From a virus, in the IMG/VR virus record IMGVR_UViG_3300042399_002267: a stretch of 64,000 nucleotides of DNA. One strand, 5' to 3'. Both the position numbers and the translations under genes were made by a program. Position 1 is the stretch's first letter, and the number at the start of each line of letters is the position of its first letter. The notes under the pieces were generated by a model. It had not been told where the DNA came from. It worked only from the letters and a program-made list of their open reading frames with translations, and searched no databases. Shown in pieces: positions 47,553 to 57,326 of this stretch.

Positions 47553-50411
47553 ATGGCAACGCTTACAACATATTTTACTACGCAAGCCCAAACAAATAAT
47601 CCAAGTTCAAGAACTGGTTGGGATTGGTCTTTAACTGGAAATACTGCAGCTTTAGATGGAAGTGTAGTTTTTCAATCTTATCCAGTTGAAAATTTTATTC
47701 TATCATCTCAAACTGACTTTCTTGATTTAACTGATATTGCAACTAAGCTTCCTGATGGAGCACAAATTCAAGGTGTAAGTGTTAGAATTTTTAAATCTTC
47801 TGGGTCAGATTTTCCAGACTTTTTATTTACCACTGATCTTAAAGTTCAATTTATTTATAATGGTGCGCTTCGCGGTCAAGATAAAGCAGATACTTCAACT
47901 CTTTGGACAGATCCAGGTTCTTATGATACATATGGTGGAAGTACAGATCTTTGGAATTATGAATTTACAACTGGTGGAGACTCCCTTACATCAAGTTATT
48001 ATGTAAATCAACCTTTTTTTGGATTAAGAATTGCAGCTACTTTTGCAGGTGCTAATACTCAAAAAAATGTACTTACATTATCCATTGATCATGTAGAAAT
48101 AACTTTTTACTATACAGAAGCACCTATTGAACCAACTGGAGTAGAGTCAGGGCAAATACAGTCAAATGTAAACAGACTTGCACCTGGTGAAATAAATTTT
48201 AGACTAAATGCATTGGTTAGTTCAAATAACTTATCTAATGTTAACAGATTAGTTGCAACTAACAGATTTGGCTTAAGTACTTCAGTCAATCTTAGATCAC
48301 CAACTCTTCCAATAACTCACTATTTATCTCCTATTGCAAAGATATATGCAACAGGATTAACTTCACCTTTAGTTGGCAGTCACAGAATTTATGCTGAATA
48401 TGATATTCAACACTTAGGTATCTCTAGTTTAGAAACCATATCTAACGGTCATATTTTAATACCAGGAAATGTAAATATTGGACATTCTTCTATTACAAGT
48501 GAAGAAAGTTTAACGGGACATAGATTGTTTGCTCAAGCAAATATTTATCATCAAGGGTTTGGAGTAGATGAGTCTGTAAACAATCCAACATTAATTCCAG
48601 TAGCATATATTTATCCTGGGTCTACAGATTCAACTAATATTATAGATGGTAACAATCAACTATTTTCTATCGCAAAAATTTATCATATTTCACCTTTTGA
48701 TAAACCTGAAATTGGATGGTCTGATGGAGCTCATGGAGTTTATTTAGATCCATTGGCATATATTTATGTCAATAATCATGCTAAAGGTCAACCAGGATAT
48801 TCTCCATTTACCTCACCAGTCTTCAATAATGATCTTGCTATAGAATTTCCTCTTAATATATATCCTGAAGGTTTGATGACCAATGAAGTGAGTTCGATAC
48901 ATTTCCTTGGAAAAACATACGGAGAAATATATCCACCGGGAATCATTACTGATGAAATCGATTCTATACATCAAATAACAAAAGAAAAAAATATATACCC
49001 ACCACCTATATCTGATAATAATAAAGATGATGGATTAGGTTTACATGAATTGTTATGGAAAAGAAATACTATTAATTTCTTCAATTCAATATATAGTCCA
49101 GCATACGAAGTTGGTTATTTTGATTGTATGGCACTCACAAGAGATGTCAACAATGACCCACAATATGACTTAAGTTATAATAGCATCAACACAAACTATC
49201 TTTTCTCTGTTGATAACATAAATATGCAATATGCTCAACAGGCAGATGCATCAAGTAGATATGCTGGTGAAGGTGCTGTATCTAATACATTTAAAATCAA
49301 TAAAAAAGATTATTCATTGTCGTTTACATTGCCAATAAAAATAGAATCATGGGGATATGTAGACAATGTGTTTGCAGCTCTTTATGATTATTGTCTACAA
49401 GGATATAAAGGCACTCCTACAAGTTATGTAGGGAGATTGACATCGTCTGATGCATCTATTGGAGCTACAAATGCGATTAAAATTGACAATATATCTGATT
49501 TTATAACATTAGATCCTGGCACAATAATTTACACAAGAAGTGATGACAACTCAAATATTATCGAGGGTCTTGAATTAGATTATGTAAGTAAATCAGAAAA
49601 GGTAGTTTACTTTACAGGCACTGGTTCAACACAATCTTATCAAACTGATATTTCATATTTATGGTCCAAACCAGAAACAGACGACAGAGAACCATCATTC
49701 TCATTATTTTCTCTCAGAGAAGGTTTGATAAGTGGTTGTATGGTTGACAAAATATCAATGACCATTACTCCTGGAAACTCTGTTGTTGCTAATGTCGATA
49801 TGAAATTTACAAATATAGATAGAGAATATCAGAAAAACATTTTGGCTAATTTCAATAGTTTGGTAGCAAATATAAACAAAAGAAAACCTAATTATTTACT
49901 TTCTGGTGCACAATTTAGACTTTACAATACAACTTCAGACGCTGGGTATTTTAACTTAGGATTACCTATTGACAGAAAAGTATTCCGTGGATTCCAAGAA
50001 ACTGATATTAAGAATTTTGAGATTAATGAAATAACAATTGACATATCAAATAATCTTGAACCTATCTATACATTGAATTCTAAAAGTAGTATTGAAAAAG
50101 AAAATAGTGACAATAATTTGAAACCTTATGGATATTATTCCAATGGAAGAACTATAAATGGCACTATTACATATTCTAGTCCTATTAAACCTTGGTTATT
50201 TGCTGAAAAATTATCCGGTCCATCAAGTATAAATAATGGTGGGATTATATTTGATTTCGGTCCATTCAAAATGAATTTGCCACAAATTGTATGGTCACCT
50301 CAAAGTTCTGAATCTTCCATGGAAAAAGTACATCAAAAGAAAGTCAACTGGGCAGCAGTAACTAACAGTTTTGTATTTGATCCATATTTGGAACCAACTG
50401 GAATATTTTAA
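47553..50411 (+). CDS. Tail-tube-fold protein fused to an N-terminal jelly-roll domain and ~22-aa repeats (952 aa)
   Basis: AGGAG SD. N-terminal LPDGAQIQGVSVRI...TYGGSTDLWN...IDHVEITFYY; repeats ending IY(P/H); C-terminal GCMVDKISMTITPG.SVVANVDM...INEITIDISNNLEP...GRTINGTITY resembles Phage_tube_2-type tubes. Confidence 0.55.
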   Translation: MATLTTYFTTQAQTNNPSSRTGWDWSLTGNTAALDGSVVFQSYPVENFILSSQTDFLDLTDIATKLPDGAQIQGVSVRIFKSSGSDFPDFLFTTDLKVQFIYNGALRGQDKADTSTLWTDPGSYDTYGGSTDLWNYEFTTGGDSLTSSYYVNQPFFGLRIAATFAGANTQKNVLTLSIDHVEITFYYTEAPIEPTGVESGQIQSNVNRLAPGEINFRLNALVSSNNLSNVNRLVATNRFGLSTSVNLRSPTLPITHYLSPIAKIYATGLTSPLVGSHRIYAEYDIQHLGISSLETISNGHILIPGNVNIGHSSITSEESLTGHRLFAQANIYHQGFGVDESVNNPTLIPVAYIYPGSTDSTNIIDGNNQLFSIAKIYHISPFDKPEIGWSDGAHGVYLDPLAYIYVNNHAKGQPGYSPFTSPVFNNDLAIEFPLNIYPEGLMTNEVSSIHFLGKTYGEIYPPGIITDEIDSIHQITKEKNIYPPPISDNNKDDGLGLHELLWKRNTINFFNSIYSPAYEVGYFDCMALTRDVNNDPQYDLSYNSINTNYLFSVDNINMQYAQQADASSRYAGEGAVSNTFKINKKDYSLSFTLPIKIESWGYVDNVFAALYDYCLQGYKGTPTSYVGRLTSSDASIGATNAIKIDNISDFITLDPGTIIYTRSDDNSNIIEGLELDYVSKSEKVVYFTGTGSTQSYQTDISYLWSKPETDDREPSFSLFSLREGLISGCMVDKISMTITPGNSVVANVDMKFTNIDREYQKNILANFNSLVANINKRKPNYLLSGAQFRLYNTTSDAGYFNLGLPIDRKVFRGFQETDIKNFEINEITIDISNNLEPIYTLNSKSSIEKENSDNNLKPYGYYSNGRTINGTITYSSPIKPWLFAEKLSGPSSINNGGIIFDFGPFKMNLPQIVWSPQSSESSMEKVHQKKVNWAAVTNSFVFDPYLEPTGIF

Positions 50412-50809
50412 TGGATATATTTGTATCAAAAGAAACTCAAAAAATTAATATTTATTGCAAAACGATTTTAGATAATAATGGAAAATTCGTCAAACTAAAA
50501 GTAAATGATGATTGGGACACTGTTATAGAATGTGATGTTTTGGGAAGAGACTTTGAAAAAATGTCAAAAGTCATTGAAGATTCTAGCATCATTAATTCTG
50601 TAACTGGTAAACCTATGCTGAGAACATCAATACTTTGCAGATCAATTTTGTTATTTTTTTATAAAAGAATATTAGTCAAAAAAAGAGATGGTAGTTCGGA
50701 ATCAGAAATTAGTTTGAGTTCAGAAAATATCAATAGAATGGATTATGACATAGTTAAGGAACTAGCCAATAAATGGTTAGCATTAACTAGTGGTAAATTA
50801 AATGGCTGA
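50411..50809 (+). CDS. Small protein (132 aa), tail assembly chaperone-like by position and size
   Basis: Coupled (TAATG) to the tube-like gene; charged, partly helical. Function inferred. Confidence 0.4.
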   Translation: MDIFVSKETQKINIYCKTILDNNGKFVKLKVNDDWDTVIECDVLGRDFEKMSKVIEDSSIINSVTGKPMLRTSILCRSILLFFYKRILVKKRDGSSESEISLSSENINRMDYDIVKELANKWLALTSGKLNG

Positions 50810-52175
50810 CTACACAATAAATAATGTGATTTTAGGAACACCTTCTAAAAGTCACAACATCATGGTTATGTCTTTATTTGAAAAAAATAAGGATATTTTT
50901 AAGATGTTAAAATTATCTATGGGTAGCACAGTAAATAACAAAGCAAAAAGATTTATCAGCGCTTACATTTGGGATTTATGGACATTAGGTCAAATTACTT
51001 CTGACGAATTTGATAATCCAAGAAGACCTGGTCATTACATGATTAGATCTAAAGACCCAAGATGGAAAAAAATATATACCAATAATTTTAATGACAATTC
51101 TGGATCAGGTATTTACAATAAACTCAATAACTTTACACCTTTAGCGGTGCAGAATCATCCAACGTATACAGGGCAAAAGTACAGTTGTGAATTCTCTTTT
51201 TCTCCATTGATCAATATTGGATTTAATCCTGAAACAGTTTCAACAATTGCATCAACAGATCCTGAGTTTCCAACATTAATTAGTGACCAATATGAAGCAG
51301 AACAAACAATATATTTAGCATCAAGAATACCAATGTTTCCTTTGATGATATGCTCAACAGTTCCAGCGCATTACACTTATGGACCTGTTTTTCCAACAAA
51401 CATTACATTGACATGTTCTGGATCAGGAAACTTGCCTATAGTAAGTGTAACGTGCAATTTTGAAGGTGGTAAAACAATAACATCTCCACCTTTTGAATCA
51501 GAAGATTACAAAAAGCCAACACCAGAGCCTGTCACTATCAACACAATGAACGATTTAAATAATGTTCCAATTGTTGAAAGAGCAACATTATATAATTTTG
51601 GAGTTGATTATCACAGATACAGATCAGCAAATATGGTTGACTGTATGATAGATTTCAAGGAATATGCAACCTTGGGAGATATGAGAATTGCTATCAATAA
51701 TAGTATCAACTATCCTCCAGCATTTAAAATTATAGGATTTGATTTAGTAATTAATCAAACTATAGATTTACAGTTTACATATCCTGGAGCATTGACTAAC
51801 AACTTTGTTATGGAATATTTTGGTGACAAGATCGGTCCCAAATTTGCTGCATTAAGTGACAGAACTGTATCTGGAACAATCACTTTCTTTTCATTTGATA
51901 AAGATGTTGTATTACCAAACACTAGTGGTTTAACAATGTATTTTGGTGGTCCATTTTTCTACTCCATGAGATATGTTGATTGGAACAATCCAACTGTGTC
52001 TATTGAACCTAATTCAGGATATACTCATAAGTATACTTTCAAAGCAAGACTAACTGATGATGTAAGCTTCCCGCAATCAGATAATTTAGATCAAATTGTA
52101 TCTGAATTCACTGGAGCCCCAACATTCACTATTCAATCATTCTTTGATTTGCTAAAACAATGGTTTAGATTCTAG
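50802..52175 (+). CDS. Second tail-tube-fold protein (457 aa)
   Basis: VFPTNITLTCSG...VSVTCNFEG; FKIIGFDLVINQTI; DRTVSGTITFF; GLTMYFGGPF...YTHKYTFKA parallel the C-terminal domain of 47553..50411. Confidence 0.5.
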   Translation: MADYTINNVILGTPSKSHNIMVMSLFEKNKDIFKMLKLSMGSTVNNKAKRFISAYIWDLWTLGQITSDEFDNPRRPGHYMIRSKDPRWKKIYTNNFNDNSGSGIYNKLNNFTPLAVQNHPTYTGQKYSCEFSFSPLINIGFNPETVSTIASTDPEFPTLISDQYEAEQTIYLASRIPMFPLMICSTVPAHYTYGPVFPTNITLTCSGSGNLPIVSVTCNFEGGKTITSPPFESEDYKKPTPEPVTINTMNDLNNVPIVERATLYNFGVDYHRYRSANMVDCMIDFKEYATLGDMRIAINNSINYPPAFKIIGFDLVINQTIDLQFTYPGALTNNFVMEYFGDKIGPKFAALSDRTVSGTITFFSFDKDVVLPNTSGLTMYFGGPFFYSMRYVDWNNPTVSIEPNSGYTHKYTFKARLTDDVSFPQSDNLDQIVSEFTGAPTFTIQSFFDLLKQWFRF

Positions 52176-52176
52176 T

Positions 52177-52764
52177 ATGGAAAAAATTGAAGCACTAAAG
52201 TTCTTACTTGATTGGATAGATAATCAAACAACAAATGATTATGTCTTAAATTCATTTAAACCTAACTTGTCTAATAAATTTATTTTAGAAAATAAATATG
52301 AAGTTTATTTAAAGAGTATTTCATGGAAAGCTTTATTATCTATTGATGCTAAGTCATTTAATAAAAATGCTCAAGGTATTTATTTTAGTACAGAAATACA
52401 AAAAAGAGAAATATTAAAGTATGGTCTTGAAAAAATTAAAAATATTTCAAGTAATAAAGAATACTCTGATGACCTACTGAGTATTTTGTCTTATGATGCA
52501 GTTGAAAAAATTTGGATTGAATATCAAAATATTCTTCACTTGACAGCTGAAGAGGCAAATATTATTTATAATTCAGCTAAGAAATATTTTAATAGCGAGA
52601 ATAATGATCTTTATCCTGTACTACCAGAAGTGATAGAAATGGACTATATTCTAAAAGGTATAGTTTCTTTGAGTAGAACAGAGTTTAATAATTTGTCATC
52701 TAAAGAGTTTGAAATTATGCAATTAGTTTTATCTACAAAAAATGAAGTTTTAAAACAATTTTAA
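52177..52764 (+). CDS. Helical protein (195 aa), tail chaperone-like by position
   Basis: Directly follows the second tube-like gene; overlaps the convergent gene by 15 nt. Confidence 0.4.
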   Translation: MEKIEALKFLLDWIDNQTTNDYVLNSFKPNLSNKFILENKYEVYLKSISWKALLSIDAKSFNKNAQGIYFSTEIQKREILKYGLEKIKNISSNKEYSDDLLSILSYDAVEKIWIEYQNILHLTAEEANIIYNSAKKYFNSENNDLYPVLPEVIEMDYILKGIVSLSRTEFNNLSSKEFEIMQLVLSTKNEVLKQF

Positions 52765-53202
52765 TTCTTCTTTATATTTTGAAACATAATCAGAACATAT
52801 AGCATAGCATTTGGATAAATCTCCCAAATATTTAACTTCTGGCATAACTGCTATAGACCCAGGTATAAGTTGTTTCCCAGGAAATACCCATATATTTAAT
52901 CTTGAAGTCAATGTGCAATAATCAGTTTCATGCCAAAAATATTCAGAAGATAAATTTGATTTTGACATAAATTCCAAAGCCTCAATGTTTTTACAATGAA
53001 CAAAAAATTTATCATTGTCTAGAAATGATTTACCTATCTTGTAATCAGGTTTATCATGACCTAAATATAATCCATCAATAGTTTTCCACAAATCAATTTC
53101 AGCATGAAATCCTAAATCTAGAGCACTTTTGATATATTCAGGGTGATTTTCCTTAGACAGGTTTATTCCTTCAGTATTTCCTCTATGCGCGATAAATATC
53201 AT
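52750..53202 (-). CDS. Short glycerophosphodiester phosphodiesterase (GDPD/PI-PLC)-like protein (150 aa)
   Basis: MIFIAHRGN...ENHPEYI...HAEIDLW...YLGHD...FVHCKN...ICSDY. Confidence 0.75.
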   Translation of the reverse strand: MIFIAHRGNTEGINLSKENHPEYIKSALDLGFHAEIDLWKTIDGLYLGHDKPDYKIGKSFLDNDKFFVHCKNIEALEFMSKSNLSSEYFWHETDYCTLTSRLNIWVFPGKQLIPGSIAVMPEVKYLGDLSKCYAICSDYVSKYKEELKLF

Positions 53203-54557
53203 ACATTTTTTTCTAAGAAATAATTTAGATCTTCAGGAGTACCAAGTCCCCACATTTTCGGTATATCAAATGTTTTAATTTTCAAACCAGCTTTTATTGC
53301 TTCATTGAAAACTGGACAAACATAGAATTCTTTATTAACTCTGATATTATTTTCAATCATTTGTTCTGCAAAACGGACATAATCAGAACCATGTTTCCAG
53401 TAATATATACCTACAGTTGCAATATTTGAAATCGGGTTCTTTTCTGCAACTTCTGTTACAAATCCATTTTCGTCTGTTTTAGCATATGACCACTTTGGGT
53501 GAGTAGAATGAAAAGAAACAATACCAGCATCTAAATTTTGCTCATTCATTTTGTAAAAGAAATCTAAACTATTCCATTCAACAAATTGATCTGAATTAGC
53601 TATGACTAATGGTTCATTATTATTAATAAATTCTTTAGCTAGTAAAGTAGTACATGCTGCTCCTTCAGTAACACCTTCAACTTCAACAATTTTGCATCCT
53701 GGAGTAATAAGATTTAACATTGAATCAAGATTGTATTTTTCTCTATGTTCTTTTTGAACAACAAAAATGAAGTTTGCTTCTACAGCCAAATTATCTACAA
53801 CTACTTGTATCATTGGCTTACCATGAACTTCTATTAAAGGTTTAGGAAAAGAATATCCAGCCTGAGAAAATCTACTCCCATGACCTGCCATAGGTATTAA
53901 TACATTCATTTTTTTGTCTACCCATTTTTCTATAGTTTGTTTTTTATGATTGAAAGCTTCTATAATTTTATCAAAATCAAAATCTTTAGGATTTTTTACT
54001 CTAAGAACATTAGCTCCTGATTTGTACGCTGCTTTAAGCCCAGTAGGTGAATCTTCAATAATCAATGTATTTTCTGGTAGTGCACCAAAATATGACATTG
54101 CATTCCAATAAATTTCAGGATGCGGTTTTGCAAATTTTACATCATCATTAGATAGTTTCATATCAAAATACTCTGATATACCTAGCTTTTCTAAAACTAA
54201 ATCTACTGTATTTTTAATAGAGTTTGAACAACATGCAATTTTGAAATCGTTATTTTTAAGATTATTGAAAATTTCAATAAGTTTTTTGTTAGGTTTTAGG
54301 TTTGACAAAGATTCTATTGTGAAAAATTGTTTATCTTTGAATATTTGTGCTTGAATATCATTGTCAAATGGCATGCCTCTAAGATAAAGTAATTTCAACT
54401 TATCATAGGTTTTCATTCCATCAAAAGTTCTTAGATGGTCTTCCCAAGAAATGACATATTTAGGATTTATTTTTTTTAATGCTTCATTTAGAGCATTGTA
54501 ATGAATTTCTTTAGCTTCTACAAGAACTCCATCCAAATCAAAAATAACTAATTTCAT
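53199..54557 (-). CDS. HAD-family phosphatase fused to a sugar-phosphate nucleotidyltransferase-like domain (452 aa)
   Basis: FDLDGVL (HAD motif I), KPHPEIY, IIEDSPTG; then NVLIPMAGHGSRF...PKPLIEV...TEGAACT...ANSDQ...GLGTPEDL. Confidence 0.85.
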   Translation of the reverse strand: MKLVIFDLDGVLVEAKEIHYNALNEALKKINPKYVISWEDHLRTFDGMKTYDKLKLLYLRGMPFDNDIQAQIFKDKQFFTIESLSNLKPNKKLIEIFNNLKNNDFKIACCSNSIKNTVDLVLEKLGISEYFDMKLSNDDVKFAKPHPEIYWNAMSYFGALPENTLIIEDSPTGLKAAYKSGANVLRVKNPKDFDFDKIIEAFNHKKQTIEKWVDKKMNVLIPMAGHGSRFSQAGYSFPKPLIEVHGKPMIQVVVDNLAVEANFIFVVQKEHREKYNLDSMLNLITPGCKIVEVEGVTEGAACTTLLAKEFINNNEPLVIANSDQFVEWNSLDFFYKMNEQNLDAGIVSFHSTHPKWSYAKTDENGFVTEVAEKNPISNIATVGIYYWKHGSDYVRFAEQMIENNIRVNKEFYVCPVFNEAIKAGLKIKTFDIPKMWGLGTPEDLNYFLEKNV

Positions 54558-54573
54558 ATTTATCTCTTATAAA

Positions 54574-55389
54574 TTATACAATCATATTGTCATATACTTT
54601 TTGTATTGAATCATGAAGATTAGAAACCTTTATGTTTAAACTTTTTATAGTTCTAAAACTACCACAGTAACTTAAGCCCATATTTTTATCATAAAGTAAA
54701 ATTTTGGATTTTTTATCAGATAAATTATTGATAAAATTTGCTACATCAGTTAACGTATGTTTTTTTTCATAACAACAGTCTATAACTTTAGGCAAATTTG
54801 ATTTAGATAAATAAAATTCAATAACTTTAGCAAGATCATCAATATGAAAAAAATCCATGTATTTATTTTGATGTATCTCTATATCGTCGCCAGACAAGTA
54901 TTTAAGAATATTTCCACGAATCATTCTGGTGGTTAACTCATTTTCATTGAAAACATTATAAATTCTCAAGTTGTAAAATTTACTATGATAGAAGAAAGAT
55001 TTCGCAATCATACTTTTACTTAATCCATAAGGATCAGTGGGAAATCTTTGAAATAAATCATCACCATTTATATTTTGTGTTCTATCAAGTTCAGCTCCTG
55101 AACCAAAATGAATAATCTTTTTAAATTTATTTTCATTTTTAAGGAGATTATTTACCATTAAACAATTTTCATATACCCAGTTGCTATCATCTTGTTGTAA
55201 TCTATTACCGCCTGAAGTTGCACAGTTGATAACTAAATCAAAATTTTTGTCATTGAAGAAATTTTCTAAATTTGCTAAATTCATAAGGTCCAAATTATCT
55301 CTTGTACCCAAAAATAAATTGTAGTCACCTAGACATTTTGCTAAATTTCTGCCAACAAAACCATTACTTCCAGTTATCAATATATTCAT
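54574..55389 (-). CDS. NAD-dependent epimerase/dehydratase (extended SDR), probably an NDP-4-keto sugar reductase
   Basis: ILITGSNGFVG, FGSGAE, PYGLSK (YxxxK). Confidence 0.85.
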   Translation of the reverse strand: MNILITGSNGFVGRNLAKCLGDYNLFLGTRDNLDLMNLANLENFFNDKNFDLVINCATSGGNRLQQDDSNWVYENCLMVNNLLKNENKFKKIIHFGSGAELDRTQNINGDDLFQRFPTDPYGLSKSMIAKSFFYHSKFYNLRIYNVFNENELTTRMIRGNILKYLSGDDIEIHQNKYMDFFHIDDLAKVIEFYLSKSNLPKVIDCCYEKKHTLTDVANFINNLSDKKSKILLYDKNMGLSYCGSFRTIKSLNIKVSNLHDSIQKVYDNMIV

Positions 55390-55394
55390 TTTAA

Positions 55395-56219
55395 TTAGTT
55401 AAGCTTTTCTTTCCAAAAACTTACAAAATCATGCACTGTTTTCAAAGAATCATTTTGAATTGACTCCAAGTGCGGTTTGACCAAAGGCAATGTTTCTATA
55501 GCTCTTTCTGTGTCTTCACCACCATATGAAACACCATATTTGTTGATAGAGTATGCATTTAGCCAGTCTTCTTTTGACAAATTGTAATCTGGTACTACAA
55601 TAGAAAAACATCCACATAATGCTGCTCTTACTGAACAAAAACTAGATGCATCATAACTTAAAAATATATTTGATTGATTCATTGCCCATTTAAGAATATT
55701 TTCATCATTGTATTCTTTTTCAATATCATCGTAAACAAAAATATTTTTTAATTTAGAATGCCAATTTGATGAAACTTTATGAGCACCTTTTCTAACCAAA
55801 ACTGTATTGTAATTTCTAATGTCTTTATTTTCATTAGTCCAGAAATCTAATGCAAAATCATTAATCCTCAATATTCCATCGCATTTATTGAACTCTGAGC
55901 CATAGTATGGATAATATTTGAAGATATAATCATTCTTATTGGGATAAGAAATTGTTTGATGAAAAAGCAACCATCTAACTACATGTTTAGCATTCAAAGG
56001 ATTATCAGTGATACATTCTGGATATATTACAACAGTATTTTCAGAATCGAAACCTTCTTCTTCATTGTAATGCGGAGTGATATAGTTGGGGTTTGTTTTA
56101 TTTTCAGATACAATGCAGGCATCTTCCCCTATACGATTTAAGTAGTCACAGAGCTTATGCATAACACGTACTCCGCCCACATGTTTTTGCCATTTCCATG
56201 TCCAAATAATAAATTTCAT
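55395..56219 (-). CDS. WavQ-like putative glycosyltransferase, copy B (274 aa)
   Basis: GGVRVMHKLC..LN..G...VVIYPE...NPLNAKHVVRW.L...SYDASSF.SV.AALCGC.SIV.P; paralog of 57323..58141. Confidence 0.5.
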   Translation of the reverse strand: MKFIIWTWKWQKHVGGVRVMHKLCDYLNRIGEDACIVSENKTNPNYITPHYNEEEGFDSENTVVIYPECITDNPLNAKHVVRWLLFHQTISYPNKNDYIFKYYPYYGSEFNKCDGILRINDFALDFWTNENKDIRNYNTVLVRKGAHKVSSNWHSKLKNIFVYDDIEKEYNDENILKWAMNQSNIFLSYDASSFCSVRAALCGCFSIVVPDYNLSKEDWLNAYSINKYGVSYGGEDTERAIETLPLVKPHLESIQNDSLKTVHDFVSFWKEKLN

Positions 56220-56221
56220 TT
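56196..56221. repeat. 26-nt exact repeat, copy 1 (5' end of WavQ-like copy B)
   Basis: CCATGTCCAAATAATAAATTTCATTT is identical to 58118..58143. Confidence 0.9.
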
Positions 56222-56226
56222 TATTC

Positions 56227-56703
56227 CTACTTTTTTAAGTTTATATACGCTGGAACATTTCTGTCTAAAATGTTTTCTATAGCAATTTCAAGATGCTTGT
56301 TGTCAGATGGCTTAAAGCATTTAATGTTTTTAAAATTTTCCATAAATAAAAAATCATCATTTGCCCAATGAGAAAATCCTAAATATCCATAATCTTGATC
56401 TCTTCCGCCACCAATTATGACTACAGGAGTTTTTTCATGATCTATGTAATTTCTTATTACTTCAAAAGGTCTAAAAATAGCAAAAGGTGTTATAGAATAG
56501 ACAAATGGTTTTTTATTTTCAAGAGCCATACCACATGCAGCTCCCATCATCAATATTTCTGATGATCCAAAATTATAAAATTGATCTGGGAAGTGTAGTC
56601 TTATATCGTCAAAAATTCCATAACCAAGATCTCCAGTGCAAAGAACTATATTTGGATCTTCTTTCATTTTATTAAATAATAAATTCGCAAAATATTTTCT
56701 CAT
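56227..56703 (-). CDS. Transketolase-like ThDP enzyme, pyrimidine-binding (PYR) subunit only (158 aa)
   Basis: TGDLGYG...FPDQFYNFGSSE..MMG.A.GMAL..KKPFVYSI.PF...R.FE.IR...H. Confidence 0.8.
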   Translation of the reverse strand: MRKYFANLLFNKMKEDPNIVLCTGDLGYGIFDDIRLHFPDQFYNFGSSEILMMGAACGMALENKKPFVYSITPFAIFRPFEVIRNYIDHEKTPVVIIGGGRDQDYGYLGFSHWANDDFLFMENFKNIKCFKPSDNKHLEIAIENILDRNVPAYINLKK

Positions 56704-57326
56704 TTTTCTACACTATTGTAATCTTTTTCTGTCATTATATGATAATGAGCATTCAATCCCTTTAGAAATGGGTATTGTTCTACAGATGTATATTCAATGT
56801 TTATATTTGGCAAGAAACACTTCAATCTGCTAACTAAATAATCTACATCTACTTCATCATATGCAGCATAACCATTAACATTTACGTACACATGAATATT
56901 AGAAATTTTTAATTCATAAATTGTTTTAAGTGATTCCCAAATACTACCTTCTGCACATTCTCCATCGCTAATTAGAACATATACATCTCTATTTTTATTA
57001 GCTAATGCTCTACCAACTGCAACTGTTATACCAAGCCCAAGACTACCAGTAGAACAATAAATTTCATTTTGTTCATCTAGATGTGGATGCCCACCATTTT
57101 CTTCAAACAAAAATTCAGCATCAATATTTTTGTATTTTTCTATACAGACATAAAGTGCCAAAGAAGCATGTCCTGATGAAAGAATAAAAATATCATCAGG
57201 TTTCATAATAGAATAAATTTTGTCAATGATTTCTAAACTTGAAAGATAACTTCCAAGATGACTCAATCTATTCTTGTATGCTATTTCTAAAATTCTAAGT
57301 TTTAACTTTTCTGAATCTTGAATCAA
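56700..57326 (-). CDS. Transketolase-like ThDP enzyme, N-terminal PP subunit (~208 aa)
   Basis: SHLGSYLS, FILSSGHA, GGHP, STGSLGLG, SDGECAEGSIWE...N (ThDP motif); probable TTG start at 57326 overlapping the upstream TGA (TTGA). Confidence 0.85.
   Translation of the reverse strand: MIQDSEKLKLRILEIAYKNRLSHLGSYLSSLEIIDKIYSIMKPDDIFILSSGHASLALYVCIEKYKNIDAEFLFEENGGHPHLDEQNEIYCSTGSLGLGITVAVGRALANKNRDVYVLISDGECAEGSIWESLKTIYELKISNIHVYVNVNGYAAYDEVDVDYLVSRLKCFLPNINIEYTSVEQYPFLKGLNAHYHIMTEKDYNSVEK

Noticed and set aside
50651-50686. T7 and A7 runs in the chaperone-like gene as a programmed -1 frameshift site
   Set aside because: Not in the canonical X XXY YYZ phase, homopolymer runs are common at this AT content, and the next gene is in the +1 frame with its own ATG.
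29779-52764. Extracellular contractile injection system (eCIS/PVC) rather than phage
   Set aside because: No sheath, AAA+ ATPase or VgrG/PAAR genes are recognisable, while head-tail adaptor and connector-like genes imply a capsid. It cannot be fully excluded without flanking sequence.
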